In this document: piece after piece, positions 46,626 to 56,253 of the stretch
How the letters are laid out: each line of letters begins with the position of its first letter
Position numbering within the stretch: position 1 is the first letter of the stretch
DNA from: Planctomycetota bacterium
Lineage (GTDB): Bacteria; Planctomycetota; B15-G4; SIAN01
DNA length: 64,000 nucleotides
NCBI GenBank assembly: GCA_031409275.1
Contig: JANNXA010000049.1
Coordinates: forward strand, 64,001 to 128,000
Direction: 5' to 3'
Made by a program: the position numbers and the translations under genes
Notes under the pieces: generated by a model
What the model saw: only the letters and a program-made list of their open reading frames with translations
What the model was told of the DNA's origin: nothing
The model's database searches: none

Positions 46626-47321
46626 ATGAAGCGCCCGCTCAAGCTCTCGGTCGTGATGCCCTGCTACAACGAGCGGGGCACCATCGAGCAGATCCTCGAA
46701 CGGGTCGCCGCGACTCCCTACGACAAGGAGATCATCGTCGTCGACGATGGCAGCAAGGACGGCACGCGCGAACTGCTGCGTCAGCTCGAGCCGAAGTACG
46801 GACTGAAGCTGATCTTCCACGAGCAGAACAAGGGCAAGGGCGGCGCGCTCGCCACCGGCTTCAAGGCCGCGACCGGCGACGTGGTGTTGATCCAGGACGC
46901 CGACCTCGAGTACGACCCCTCCGACTACCCGGCGTTGCTCAAGCCGATCGAGGAGGGGAAGGCCGACGTCGTGTTCGGTTCGCGCTTCCTCGCCGGAACG
47001 CACCGCTGCCACCTCTTCTGGCACTACGTGGGCAACAAGTTCCTCACCTTCGTCAGCAACGTCTTCACCAACCTGAACCTCACCGACATGGAGACCTGCT
47101 ACAAGGTCTTCCGCGCCGACGTCGCGAAGAAGATCGACATCGAGTCGCAGCGGTTTGGCGTCGAGCCCGAGCTCACCGCGAAGGTCGCCAAGCTCAAGTG
47201 CCGCGTCTACGAGGTCCCCGTGAGCTACTACGGCCGCGACTACGCCAGCGGCAAGAAGATCCGCCCCAGCGACGCCTTCGAGGCGCTGTGGGTGATCGTG
47301 AAGTTCAACCTCTTCCGCTGA
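46626..47321 (+). CDS. Polyprenyl-phosphate glycosyltransferase (DPM/DPG synthase-like GT2)
   Basis: SVVMPCYNE, VDDGSKDGT, NKGKGGA, IQDADLEYDP, TDMETCYK, FGVEPE, YYGRDYASGKKI. Confidence 0.93.
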   Translation: MKRPLKLSVVMPCYNERGTIEQILERVAATPYDKEIIVVDDGSKDGTRELLRQLEPKYGLKLIFHEQNKGKGGALATGFKAATGDVVLIQDADLEYDPSDYPALLKPIEEGKADVVFGSRFLAGTHRCHLFWHYVGNKFLTFVSNVFTNLNLTDMETCYKVFRADVAKKIDIESQRFGVEPELTAKVAKLKCRVYEVPVSYYGRDYASGKKIRPSDAFEALWVIVKFNLFR

Positions 47322-47460
47322 ACTCGTTGCGCCCGCCGAACTGGTGGCGCCCGCCGAACTGGTGGCGCCCGCAAGCCTGCGGGCGCGGGAGTTGGTGCGC
47401 ATCGCGCGGGCCGCTCGGGCGCGGGAGTTGGCGCGCACCGCGAGGGGCGCTCGGGCGCGG
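47320..47460. repeat. Composite tandem/inverted repeat: 3 x 18-bp unit, a hairpin, then about 2.25 x 36-bp unit
   Basis: GAACTGGTGGCGCCCGCC-like units at 47320, 47338, 47356; hairpin GCGCCCGCA-AGCC-TGCGGGCGC at 47365-47386; CGGGCGCGGGAGTTGG-starting units at 47380, 47416 and partial at 47452. Confidence 0.85.
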
Positions 47461-47560
47461 CGCTTCGCATCGGTGAGCAGCGCCGGAAATTCCTTCATGC
47501 GAGTGCCCGCGCGCTCGTCCTCGCCGTGGTCGTGCGCCGATCGAGCGGCGGGGAGCGGCG

Positions 47561-48127
47561 ATGAGCGGGGCCCACCAGCACGATCGCGAGGCGGACGCAG
47601 CGACGCAGTCCTTCGTGGATGCGTTGCGCGCCGCACCGCGCCTGCTGATCGCGCTGATGCTGTTGCTGGCGCTGCTGGCGCAGGCGACGCTCGACTCCTA
47701 CCGCGTCGCCGGCGCCTCGATGACGCCAGCCTTCCGCGATGGAGATCGCATCGTGGTCGCGACGATGCCCGGCTTCTTCGGCGAGCCTCGCTGCGGCGAG
47801 ACGATCATCGCCCGCGTTGCCGACGAGGTGCTGCTGAAGCGGGTGGTCGGGCTGCCCGGTGATGTCATCGAAGAGGTCGACGGCGTGCTGCGCCGCAATG
47901 GCGAGCTGCTGTCCGATCCGATTCCGGCCGCCTACCACGACCACAGCCGCTTCGGCCCGATCGTGCTGGGTGCCGATCAGTTCTTCCTGATGGGCGACCA
48001 TCGCCGCGTATCGATCGACTCGCGCGAGTTCGGTCCGGTCTCGCGCGACGAGCTGCTCGGCCGCGTCATCCTGCGCGTGCCGGCGCCAGTGCCGCGGCCG
48101 GCTGCCGAGGTCCTCGCGCGCGAGTGA
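47561..48127 (+). CDS. lepB: Signal peptidase I
   Basis: TM segment, VAGASMTP (Ser), LLKRVVGLPGD (Lys), MGDHRRVSIDSREFG. Confidence 0.93.
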   Translation: MSGAHQHDREADAATQSFVDALRAAPRLLIALMLLLALLAQATLDSYRVAGASMTPAFRDGDRIVVATMPGFFGEPRCGETIIARVADEVLLKRVVGLPGDVIEEVDGVLRRNGELLSDPIPAAYHDHSRFGPIVLGADQFFLMGDHRRVSIDSREFGPVSRDELLGRVILRVPAPVPRPAAEVLARE

Positions 48128-50903
48128 CCAGTGCGGCGAGCGCGAGCAGCAGCCACGCCGCTCCCGCTCCCGCCGTCAGCCACAGGCCGCGGCGCACGGC
48201 CACTGGCCGATAGTCGAGCACCACGTGGCGCGCGCCGGTCGGGAGCACGACGCCGCGCCAGGCGACGTTGGCGGCGACCACCGCCGCCGGCGCGCCATCC
48301 ACGGTCGCCTGCCAGCCGGGATCGAACCCTTCGTTGACCACCAGGAAGCCGCCGGCGCCGCCATCGAGCGTCACCTCGATCCGCGCGGGCGAGCGAGCGA
48401 GCGCGACCACCTGCGACGGCGGACCGAGCAGTCGCAGCGTCGTGATCGGCAGCGCGGTGCCGTCGTCGAGCGGGAGCGCGGCGCTGTCGCTCGCACCCGA
48501 GAACGCGGACGGTCGCTCGCTCTCGAACCACGCACGATCGCGCAAGGAGGTCTCGCCGTTGGCGAGCTTGGCCAGCAGTGCCGCGTGCCACTGCGCGCGG
48601 GCGGACGCGGCCGCTGCGATCGGCGCGACGAAGCCCTCGGCGGTGGTGCCGATGGCGTCATCGCTCGGCGGCGGGGGCAGGAACGATGCCTGCGGCACGA
48701 CGAAGGCGAAGGGAAGCGCGCGCTCGTTCTCGAAGACGCGCAGCTCGCCATCGCGTGCCGTCTCGCGCCAGCCCGCGACGTCGCCGCCATCGGCCGCGAG
48801 CGCCGCCACGAGGTCGTGCCGCGAAAGGAGGTGGCGCACCGAGCTTCCCGTCAGCAGCGGTGAGCGGAGCGCGGCGAGCGAGTGGAGCGGCAGTGCGGCG
48901 ACGGTGACGACCGTCTCGTCGGGGCGCGTCTCCGGCTCGAGCGTGCGCAGCCAACGGGCGTAGCGCACCGGAAGCTGGACGAGGTAGCCATCCCCATCTT
49001 CGATCCCGAACAGCGCGCCGAGATTCGGTGGCAGCGGCAGCTTCTCGATCGAGTCGTCGCCGAGGCGCCAGTCGGGCGCGTAGCGTCGCACGCGGCCGCC
49101 GCTCGTCGCAGCGGCGAGCGGCGCGAGCAACGGCGGCGCTTGCGCGAAGTGGTCGGCTGGCAAGAACGGGTTGACGCGGAAGTGCAGCGAACCGAGATCG
49201 GCCAGCGCGAAGAGCGCCAATGCCGTGATCGCGAGCCGCTGGCGCCCGCGTTCGACCCAGGCGGCCGCCAACGCCAGCACCAGCGCGCCACCGCCAAACC
49301 ACGCAGCCGCTCGCCACGCGAGATGACGCACGAAGTCGTGCAGGGCGCCGTCCTCGCTGGCGGTGCGCGCTGCGAGGTCGGCGAACTGCGCCACCAACGC
49401 GGCGCCGTAGCGCGCCACCTGTCGATCGTGGAACCACTGCGCGAGACCGGACGGACCGAGCCGCTCGACCTGCAGCGCCAACGCGGCCGCCGCCAACGCG
49501 ATCAGCAGCGTGGCAGCGAGCGCGACGCGGCGCGCGCGGCGTTCGGTCGGTTCGAGGAAGCGTTGCGCTCCCAACGCGGCGAGCAGCGCCGACAGCAGCG
49601 CCGTGGTCGGGAGGATGCGGCGCACCTCGCCCATGTCGAAGCGCGGGAGGCTGGCGACGGCGCGCACGATCCACGGAACCCCGAGCGCGTAGCTCCAGCA
49701 GCCCACCAGCGCCGCCAGCAACAGCGCGGGAAGCACGATGGCGGTGGCGCGCCACCGTGTCGCGAACGCCGCGAGCAGCAGGCCGATCGCGAGCGCGCCG
49801 GCGTAGCAGGTCGACTCGGTGGTGCTCGGCCGCGCCGCGGTCCCGACCGGTTGCCCGCTGCCGTCGGCCTGGCGGTCGACCCGCGCGTAGAGCGCGTTCC
49901 AGAGCGGGTTCTTGCCAAAGGACTGGCTCCACGGCTCGCGGCTGTCCATGAAGCAACCGGGAAGCGCATAGCCGAGCAACGTGGGCCAGGTTGCCGCTTC
50001 GCGGATCTGTTGCTCGACGTCGTGGGGTCGCTGCAGCGCCTGGCGGCTGGCGGCGTCGACGGGCGCGATCTGGCCGCCGGCCAGGGCGACGCCGGCTCCG
50101 AACGAAAGGGCGAGCGCGAGCAGCGGCCTCCACGCGGCGAGACGCCGCTCGCGCAGCAGGAGCAGCGCGCCGAAGACGGCGGCGCCCAGCACCCCGTAGA
50201 GCCCCGTCTGCGGGAAGCCGGACAGGACGATCAGCGCGATGGGGAGCGGCACGGCGAGCAGGCGAGCGATGCTCGGCGCCTTCGCGAAGGCGTGGACGGC
50301 CGCCAGCAGCCACGGCACCCACACCGCGGCGAAGAAGGTCATGTAGTAGTGGTAGCGCACCAGCAGCGGGCCGGAGGCCGCGAACAGCACTCCAGCGTAG
50401 AGCGCTGCCCCTGGCGTGAAGCGGAGCCGGCGCGCGAGCCACCACGCACCGAGCGCCGCGGCAACGACGTGGAACGCGGTCGACCAGGCGTAGGCGCGTT
50501 CGAGCGGCTCGATCAAGAGCAGCAGATTCGGTGGATAGAGCAGCCCGTAGAGCGCCTGGCCAAGGAACGGCACGCCGCCGGCGATGGTCCGGTTCCAGGT
50601 CGGCAGTTCGCCGCGTCGCCACATGGCCGCCGCTTCGACGGTGTCGGGATGGAACAGCCACAGCTTGTCGGAGAGTTCGGGGTTCCCCGCCGCCCGCTCC
50701 TCCGCGACCGCCGTCGGCGACGCATGCGTGCGCCACGGCAGCAGCGGATCGGTGTGGAGCGGGACGAAGAGGCGTCCGCCGAGCAGCGCCGGCGCGAAGA
50801 GCAGCAGCGCCATCAGCGCGAACGCCCCGAGCGCGGCGACGGGACCGAGCCCTCGTCGCCGATCGTCGGCAGGCGCCGCCTCGTGCGGGGGCGCCTCAGC
50901 CAT
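48066..50903 (-). CDS. YfhO-family polytopic membrane protein (GT-C-like)
   Basis: GELPTWNRTIAGGVPFLG...LLYPPN, LSGFPQ, many TMs, C-terminal LVVNEGFDPGWQATVDG...VVLPTGARHVVLDYRP. Confidence 0.85.
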   Translation of the reverse strand: MAEAPPHEAAPADDRRRGLGPVAALGAFALMALLLFAPALLGGRLFVPLHTDPLLPWRTHASPTAVAEERAAGNPELSDKLWLFHPDTVEAAAMWRRGELPTWNRTIAGGVPFLGQALYGLLYPPNLLLLIEPLERAYAWSTAFHVVAAALGAWWLARRLRFTPGAALYAGVLFAASGPLLVRYHYYMTFFAAVWVPWLLAAVHAFAKAPSIARLLAVPLPIALIVLSGFPQTGLYGVLGAAVFGALLLLRERRLAAWRPLLALALSFGAGVALAGGQIAPVDAASRQALQRPHDVEQQIREAATWPTLLGYALPGCFMDSREPWSQSFGKNPLWNALYARVDRQADGSGQPVGTAARPSTTESTCYAGALAIGLLLAAFATRWRATAIVLPALLLAALVGCWSYALGVPWIVRAVASLPRFDMGEVRRILPTTALLSALLAALGAQRFLEPTERRARRVALAATLLIALAAAALALQVERLGPSGLAQWFHDRQVARYGAALVAQFADLAARTASEDGALHDFVRHLAWRAAAWFGGGALVLALAAAWVERGRQRLAITALALFALADLGSLHFRVNPFLPADHFAQAPPLLAPLAAATSGGRVRRYAPDWRLGDDSIEKLPLPPNLGALFGIEDGDGYLVQLPVRYARWLRTLEPETRPDETVVTVAALPLHSLAALRSPLLTGSSVRHLLSRHDLVAALAADGGDVAGWRETARDGELRVFENERALPFAFVVPQASFLPPPPSDDAIGTTAEGFVAPIAAAASARAQWHAALLAKLANGETSLRDRAWFESERPSAFSGASDSAALPLDDGTALPITTLRLLGPPSQVVALARSPARIEVTLDGGAGGFLVVNEGFDPGWQATVDGAPAAVVAANVAWRGVVLPTGARHVVLDYRPVAVRRGLWLTAGAGAAWLLLALAALVTRARGPRQPAAALAPARAG

Positions 50904-53016
50904 CGAGTGCCGCGCGCACTTTGGAGAAGAGCTCTGCGACGGTGAACGGCTTGTGCAGGAACTCGGCGCCGACGTTGCGCGCGGCGTCCTCGCTCCCGCT
51001 GACATGCGTCGAGATCAAGATCGCCCGCAGACCCGGTTGCCGCAGCCGCAACTGCCTCACGAGCTCGTTGCCGATCATCCGCGGCATGCGCTCGTCGCTG
51101 AGGAGCAGGTCGAGTGGCGTTCGCCGCCGTTCGTACCACTCGATCGCCTCGGCGCCGCTGCGAGCGCTCGCGACCTTGTAGCCCTGCGCCTCGAGCACGC
51201 GGGTGGTCAACGTCCGAACCGAGTCGTCGTCCTCGACCACCAGGATCGACTCGCCGCGACCGAGCGGCGGCGTGCTCTGGTGCTGCGGCACGGGAGCGCG
51301 GGGAGAGTTGGCGGGAGCTGCCGGAAAGCGCATCCGGAACGTGCTGCCTTGACCGGGAGCGCTCTCGACGGTGATGCTGCCGCCGCGCTCGCGCACCAGC
51401 GAGTCGACGATGGCGAGACCGAGGCCGCTGCCGCTCCCGCTGCCGTCCTCCTTGGTGGAGAAGAATGGCTCGAAGAGCCGCTCGCGGATCTCCAGACTCA
51501 TGCCCGCGCCGCTGTCCTGAACCTGCAGCACCACCGAGCCATCGTCACGCGCGTCGGCACCCACGCGGATCGTCAGCTGTCCGCCGTCGGGCATCGCGTC
51601 GCGCGCGTTGAGCGCGAGGTTGAGCACGATCTGCTCCACTTGCGTGGGGTGGGCAAGGATCGGCGGCAGGTCCGGCGCGAGTTCGAGCGCCAGCGCGATG
51701 TTCGACCCGAGTTGCCGTTCGAGCAGCGGAGCGAGTTCGCGGATCGCGGCGGCGAGGTCGATTGCGCTGGCTTCGAGGCGGCTGGGTCGGCTGAAGGCGA
51801 GGAGTTGCCGAGTCAGCCAGCTGGCGCGCTCTGCGGTGCGCGCGATCTCCTCGACCTCGAAGCGCAGCGGCGAGTCGGGCGGCAACTCGGTCATGACGCT
51901 GCCGGCGTATCCGAGCACGACGGTCAGGAAGTTGTTGAAGTCGTGGGCGACGTAGCTCGCCAGCCGGCCGATCGCCTCCATCTTCTCGAGGTGGCGCACG
52001 CGCTGCTGCGCGAGACCGAGCTTCTGCTCGATCTGCTGATGCTCGGTCGTGTCGACGGCCGCGCCGGCGACGCCGAGGATCGAGCCGTCAGTTGAACGGA
52101 GCGGAGCCAGATGGGCGAGGTAGCTGCGCCCGCTCCATTCGATTGCGTAACGGCCGACGTCGCCCGCGAGCGCCGCGCGGTGGTGGGCCAGCTGGGTGTT
52201 CGCGGCGCCGTTCGCGCCGAGGTACTCGGCGAGCGAACGGCCGACCCACTCCTCCGTTCGGGTCGGCGACGGCGGTACCGCCGATCCACCGAGGAACGTG
52301 ATTCGCAGGTCGCGATCGGTGCTCCACAACACGACCGGCGCGCGCGCGAGCAGCAGGTTCAGACGCTCGTCGCTCTCGAAGCGAGCGCGGCTCTCTTCCA
52401 CCCAACGGTCGCGATCGCGCTGGCGGAAGTAGACCAGGAGCGCGATCAGTCCGCCCATCACGCACGCGAAGGCGATGAGCCACCGGGCGTTCCGGTTGCT
52501 GGAGCGCATCTCGGAGACGTAGGAGAGCAGGTCGTTGCGCAGCTCCCAGATCACGGCGTGCACCGCGGCTCGGAGCAGCTCGCTGCGCGAGCGGAGCTCG
52601 CGTTCGAGCTCGATCTCGAGCGCCGCTCCGGACTGATCCGAGAAGAAACGCGGCAGGTCCGCGATCAGCATGTCGAGCGCCACCGCGGCGTGGCTCAGTG
52701 CCGCGCTCAGCTCGGGGCGCCGCGTGGAAGCTGCGAGCGCCGCCGCCTGCGCCTGCGGAAACGCGGCCGCGACTCTGGCGAGCTCCGCCTGCGCGCGACC
52801 GAGATCGTTGGTGACGCTTCGGTCACCCACCGCGTCCACCGACTCGTTCATGGCATCGAACGCGCGATTGGCCGCCTCGATCGACTCGACCGACATCTGC
52901 CAGCGATCCATGCGCTGCTGCAGGCGAAACGCTGCTGCGATGAAGGCGAGCGCCAGCGACAGCGCGATCCACGTCAGCGTTCGCGCGAGGAACTGCAGCC
53001 GAGTCGAGGCGCTCAT
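50896..53016 (-). CDS. Membrane hybrid sensor histidine kinase / response regulator (2 TM, PAS, HisKA, HATPase, REC)
   Basis: H-box VAHDFNN, N-box LNLALNARDAM, DSGAGM, FEPFFSTK, GSGLGL; receiver ILVVEDD...LLSDERMP...HKPF. Confidence 0.93.
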   Translation of the reverse strand: MSASTRLQFLARTLTWIALSLALAFIAAAFRLQQRMDRWQMSVESIEAANRAFDAMNESVDAVGDRSVTNDLGRAQAELARVAAAFPQAQAAALAASTRRPELSAALSHAAVALDMLIADLPRFFSDQSGAALEIELERELRSRSELLRAAVHAVIWELRNDLLSYVSEMRSSNRNARWLIAFACVMGGLIALLVYFRQRDRDRWVEESRARFESDERLNLLLARAPVVLWSTDRDLRITFLGGSAVPPSPTRTEEWVGRSLAEYLGANGAANTQLAHHRAALAGDVGRYAIEWSGRSYLAHLAPLRSTDGSILGVAGAAVDTTEHQQIEQKLGLAQQRVRHLEKMEAIGRLASYVAHDFNNFLTVVLGYAGSVMTELPPDSPLRFEVEEIARTAERASWLTRQLLAFSRPSRLEASAIDLAAAIRELAPLLERQLGSNIALALELAPDLPPILAHPTQVEQIVLNLALNARDAMPDGGQLTIRVGADARDDGSVVLQVQDSGAGMSLEIRERLFEPFFSTKEDGSGSGSGLGLAIVDSLVRERGGSITVESAPGQGSTFRMRFPAAPANSPRAPVPQHQSTPPLGRGESILVVEDDDSVRTLTTRVLEAQGYKVASARSGAEAIEWYERRRTPLDLLLSDERMPRMIGNELVRQLRLRQPGLRAILISTHVSGSEDAARNVGAEFLHKPFTVAELFSKVRAALDG

Positions 53017-53792
53017 CGAGGAGGGCGCTCCGCGCTGCGGCGCGCCAGCAGGACCAGCGAGTGTCCGAGCGGGAACGACGCGTGCCGAAGGATGAGGCGT
53101 TCGCTGGAGAAGATGCCCGCCAGCATCGCGTTCAGCCAGCGCGGCAGCCGGTAGCTCAGGTTCGTCTCCGACGCGGCGTCGGGTCGCTTGAGGAAGCGCT
53201 GCTTGAGCTTGAGCAGCAACACCGCGGGGACGATCAGCGGGAAGAGCCAGCTGTTCACGTAGCTCGCCTGCATCACCTCGAAGCCGGCGGCGCGCGCCTT
53301 CGCGGCCAGTTCGCCGCGACGGTAGCGCCGTTTGTGGTGGGCGACGCGGTCGTTCTCGGAGAAGAGGAACTGCCACGCTGGCACCGAGACGAAGAGCAGC
53401 CCTCCGGGTTTCAGGGCCTGCGCGAAGGCCGCCAGCGCGGTGCGATCGTCGTCGAGGTGCTCGATGCAGTCGAAGGCCGTGACCAGGTCGAGGCTCGCTG
53501 GCGCGACCGGCAGCTGCTCGGCCGAACCGATCAGCAGCCGCGGGAAGCCGCGGGCGCGCGCCTGACGCAACAGATCGGTCGAGATGTCGAGGCCGATGGG
53601 AGCCGTGAGGCGGGAGAGGCCGGGCAGCATCCCGCCGGCGCCGCATCCGACGTCCAGCGCCCGCAGCGTTCGCGAAGCGGCGCGACCGGCCAGCGCGCGC
53701 TCGATGACGTCGAAGAAGATGCGGCGACGGCCGACGAACCACCAGTGGTGGTGTTCGAGCTCGATGAACTGGCGGGCGGCGAGGTCGTCCAC
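53013..53792 (-). CDS. Class I SAM-dependent methyltransferase
   Basis: HHWWFVGRR, LDVGCGAG, FDCIEHL, LKPGG, VPAW...HKRRY. Confidence 0.9.
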   Translation of the reverse strand: MDDLAARQFIELEHHHWWFVGRRRIFFDVIERALAGRAASRTLRALDVGCGAGGMLPGLSRLTAPIGLDISTDLLRQARARGFPRLLIGSAEQLPVAPASLDLVTAFDCIEHLDDDRTALAAFAQALKPGGLLFVSVPAWQFLFSENDRVAHHKRRYRRGELAAKARAAGFEVMQASYVNSWLFPLIVPAVLLLKLKQRFLKRPDAASETNLSYRLPRWLNAMLAGIFSSERLILRHASFPLGHSLVLLARRSAERPPR

Positions 53793-53802
53793 CGGCGGCG
53801 GC

Positions 53803-54732
53803 TCAGGCCGAGGCCGTGGGACGCGCGACGACGAGCATCTCGTCGAAGACGTTGACGTAGAGCGACCGGCTGCCCAGCAGTCGCAGCGGGGCGAGCAGCG
53901 TGGTCAGAAGCGGGTGGACGCGGCCGGCGCGCTCGACCAGGAATCGCACCGAGACGTGCTTGCCGCCGCGTCGCGGCGACCACTCGATCAGCTCGAAGCC
54001 TGCCTTCTGCAGCAGGCGCGGCATCGTCTTCGGATCGAAGTGCCAGAGGTGTTCCTGGAACTTGTAGTGCTGCCAGCGCAGCCCCATGACCCGAGCGAAG
54101 AGCGAGGCGACGTTCTGCGTCTCGAACACGAGGATGCCGCCCGGTGCCAGCAGCCGCCGCGCGGTCGCGAGGAAGGCGACGGGATCCTCGATGTGCTCGA
54201 CCACGTCGAACATCGTGATGACGTCGAAGCGTCCGCCGAAGAGGCCGCGCTGCTCCACTTCCTCGAGCAGTCCGCAGTGGATGCGATCCGGTGCGCCAAG
54301 GCGTCGGCCGGCCAGCGCCGCCATCTCCGCGGAGAGCTCGACGCCATGCACGTCGTAGCCACGTTCACGCAGCGCCGTCAGGGCGAAGCCGGCCGCGCAC
54401 CCGACGTCGAGCAGGCGTGCCGGCGGAGCGCGGTGGCGAACCACCAGGTCGCTGCGCATGCGGAACGTCCGGACGTAGAGCGCCTCGTCGGCGACGTAGT
54501 CGGTGTAGCCGAAGTCCTTGGCCGCAGAGCTCTTCCAGTAGTCGTTCTGGTACATCGCGTGCAACGCCGCGCGATCGAGCCACGGCACGGTGTAGACCAG
54601 CCCGCAGCCGTTGCAGCGCACGATCTGGAACGGCGGCTTCTCGTGGACGACGCTGCGCGCGCGCTCGCCGCAGAGGACGCAGGCGATGTCGTAGCGCGCC
54701 GAACTCGCGTCGAGGATGGGAGCGCTGCCCAT
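53803..54732 (-). CDS. Class I SAM-dependent methyltransferase with N-terminal Zn ribbon
   Basis: CVLCG...CNGCGL, LLDVGCAAG, FDVVEHIEDP, LAPGG, EHLWHF. Confidence 0.9.
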   Translation of the reverse strand: MGSAPILDASSARYDIACVLCGERARSVVHEKPPFQIVRCNGCGLVYTVPWLDRAALHAMYQNDYWKSSAAKDFGYTDYVADEALYVRTFRMRSDLVVRHRAPPARLLDVGCAAGFALTALRERGYDVHGVELSAEMAALAGRRLGAPDRIHCGLLEEVEQRGLFGGRFDVITMFDVVEHIEDPVAFLATARRLLAPGGILVFETQNVASLFARVMGLRWQHYKFQEHLWHFDPKTMPRLLQKAGFELIEWSPRRGGKHVSVRFLVERAGRVHPLLTTLLAPLRLLGSRSLYVNVFDEMLVVARPTASA

Positions 54733-54746
54733 GGCGGGAATCGCAG

Positions 54747-56159
54747 TCAGTCGAACGACTCGTCTTCGGTCGCCACCTCGCCATGGTCGGGCCCCTGGCC
54801 GGTGGCGATCGTGCGCGCGACGCGCGCGCCCATCGCGATCGAGTGGTCCATGTTGCCGTAGCGGAACAGCCCCTGCCGGCCGGTCGACACCAGGTTCTTC
54901 AGGTGGCGCAGGTGGGCCAGCAGCGTCTGCAGGTTCTTGCGGTAGGCAAGGTCGTACAGCGGATAGGAGTAGGGCACCTTGCGGACCGCGGAGTCGATCA
55001 CCTCTTCGGCGCGGAACAGCCCGACGGAAACAAGGTCGCGCGTCGCGATGGCGGCGAGTTCGGCGTCGCTCTGGCGCCAGCGGGCGTCGCCCTCGTTGCA
55101 GGTGATCTCGGCGCAGACCAGCGTCTTGCCTTGCGGGCAGGTGCTGGTGGCGAAGTTCTTGAACTCGCTGATCCGGTGGACGGTGAGGTGCTTCTCCGGC
55201 AAGTAGACCCAGTGGTCTGGAGTCACCTGCTCGCGGGCGAGCATCAGGTAGACGAACAGGATCGCCTTGTGCTTCAAGTCGCGTGCGGCGTCGAGGGCCT
55301 CGCGCGGCGCCGGCGGATCGAGCATCTCGACCAGGCGATTGACCGGCAGCGTGCTGACCACGCGATCGGCGGCGGCGACCGCCTCTTCGACGCGCTGTCC
55401 GTCGCGCTCGTAGACGATGGCCGTGACGCGCGTGCCGTCGTGCTTCATCTGGCGGATCGCGGCGCCCGTGACGACGGTCCCGCCGTTCGCTTCCGTGATG
55501 CGCCGGTATCCCTGCGCGATGGCGCCGACGCCGCCTTCCTTGGGATAGATGAACTTCGATACGTAGGTGCGCGGGACGTCCTTCGGGCGCGTCAGCGTCT
55601 TCTTCACCACGTCCCACAGGTTGAGCAGCGTGATGCGCTGCGAGGCCCAGTCGGGGCTGATCTGGCTGGCCGGAATCTGCCACGCCTTCTCGGTGTAGGT
55701 GCTGAAAAAGGTGCGAGCCAGCGTGTTGCCGAAGCGCTTGCGGACGTAGTTCTCGAAGTTGTCGTCAGGCAGCGGCTTCCACTTCTGACGAAACCACATC
55801 GCCCAGTAGTCGAGGAACGACCGCGCCAGGATCAGCGGCGGGAGGTTGCGGATGACGTTGCCGGCGCGCAGCGGGTAGTAGAAGAACCGGTTGAACAGGA
55901 AGATCCGGCTCATGCGCTCGCGGTCGTGGACGTTGCCGTCGAGCGCGCCCTTCACGTGGTCGTTGATCGCGGCCGCGTTGCTGTGGAAGCGGTGGGGGCC
56001 GAGGTCGACCACGTAGTCGCCGATGCGCAGCGACTGCGCCAGGCCGCCGACCTGCGCCTGCGATTCGAGCACGCGGACGCGGACGCCCGCCTTGCTCAAG
56101 TCCGCCGCGCACGACATGCCGGCGAGCCCGCCCCCCAGGATGTGGACGTTGGCCGCCAT
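54747..56159 (-). CDS. FAD-dependent oxidoreductase (protoporphyrinogen-oxidase / UDP-galactopyranose-mutase-like)
   Basis: ILGGGLAG, VGGLA, DLGPHRF, YTEKAW, WASQRI, FIYPKEGG, GRQGLFRYGNMDHSI. Confidence 0.85.
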   Translation of the reverse strand: MAANVHILGGGLAGMSCAADLSKAGVRVRVLESQAQVGGLAQSLRIGDYVVDLGPHRFHSNAAAINDHVKGALDGNVHDRERMSRIFLFNRFFYYPLRAGNVIRNLPPLILARSFLDYWAMWFRQKWKPLPDDNFENYVRKRFGNTLARTFFSTYTEKAWQIPASQISPDWASQRITLLNLWDVVKKTLTRPKDVPRTYVSKFIYPKEGGVGAIAQGYRRITEANGGTVVTGAAIRQMKHDGTRVTAIVYERDGQRVEEAVAAADRVVSTLPVNRLVEMLDPPAPREALDAARDLKHKAILFVYLMLAREQVTPDHWVYLPEKHLTVHRISEFKNFATSTCPQGKTLVCAEITCNEGDARWRQSDAELAAIATRDLVSVGLFRAEEVIDSAVRKVPYSYPLYDLAYRKNLQTLLAHLRHLKNLVSTGRQGLFRYGNMDHSIAMGARVARTIATGQGPDHGEVATEDESFD

Positions 56160-56253
56160 GCGCAGATAAGGCTCCGAAGTCGACGAAAGTCAGGGCGGGG
56201 AAAAGTAGCACGCTGCAGCGGGGGCGGCAATGCGCGCGAAACGTCCGGCGCCG

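Noticed and set aside
29214..47321. Glycan cluster as a recent horizontal acquisition
   Set aside because: No visible GC or codon shift and no flanking tRNA, integrase, IS or direct repeats.
53017..53742. N-terminal extension of the kinase ORF (50896..53742)
   Set aside because: It is an alternate frame of the methyltransferase; ATG 53016 overlaps the upstream stop and precedes TM1.
54747..56159. Assignment as hemY or glf
   Set aside because: Only the general FAD-fold motifs are recognisable; a specific function cannot be supported by eye.
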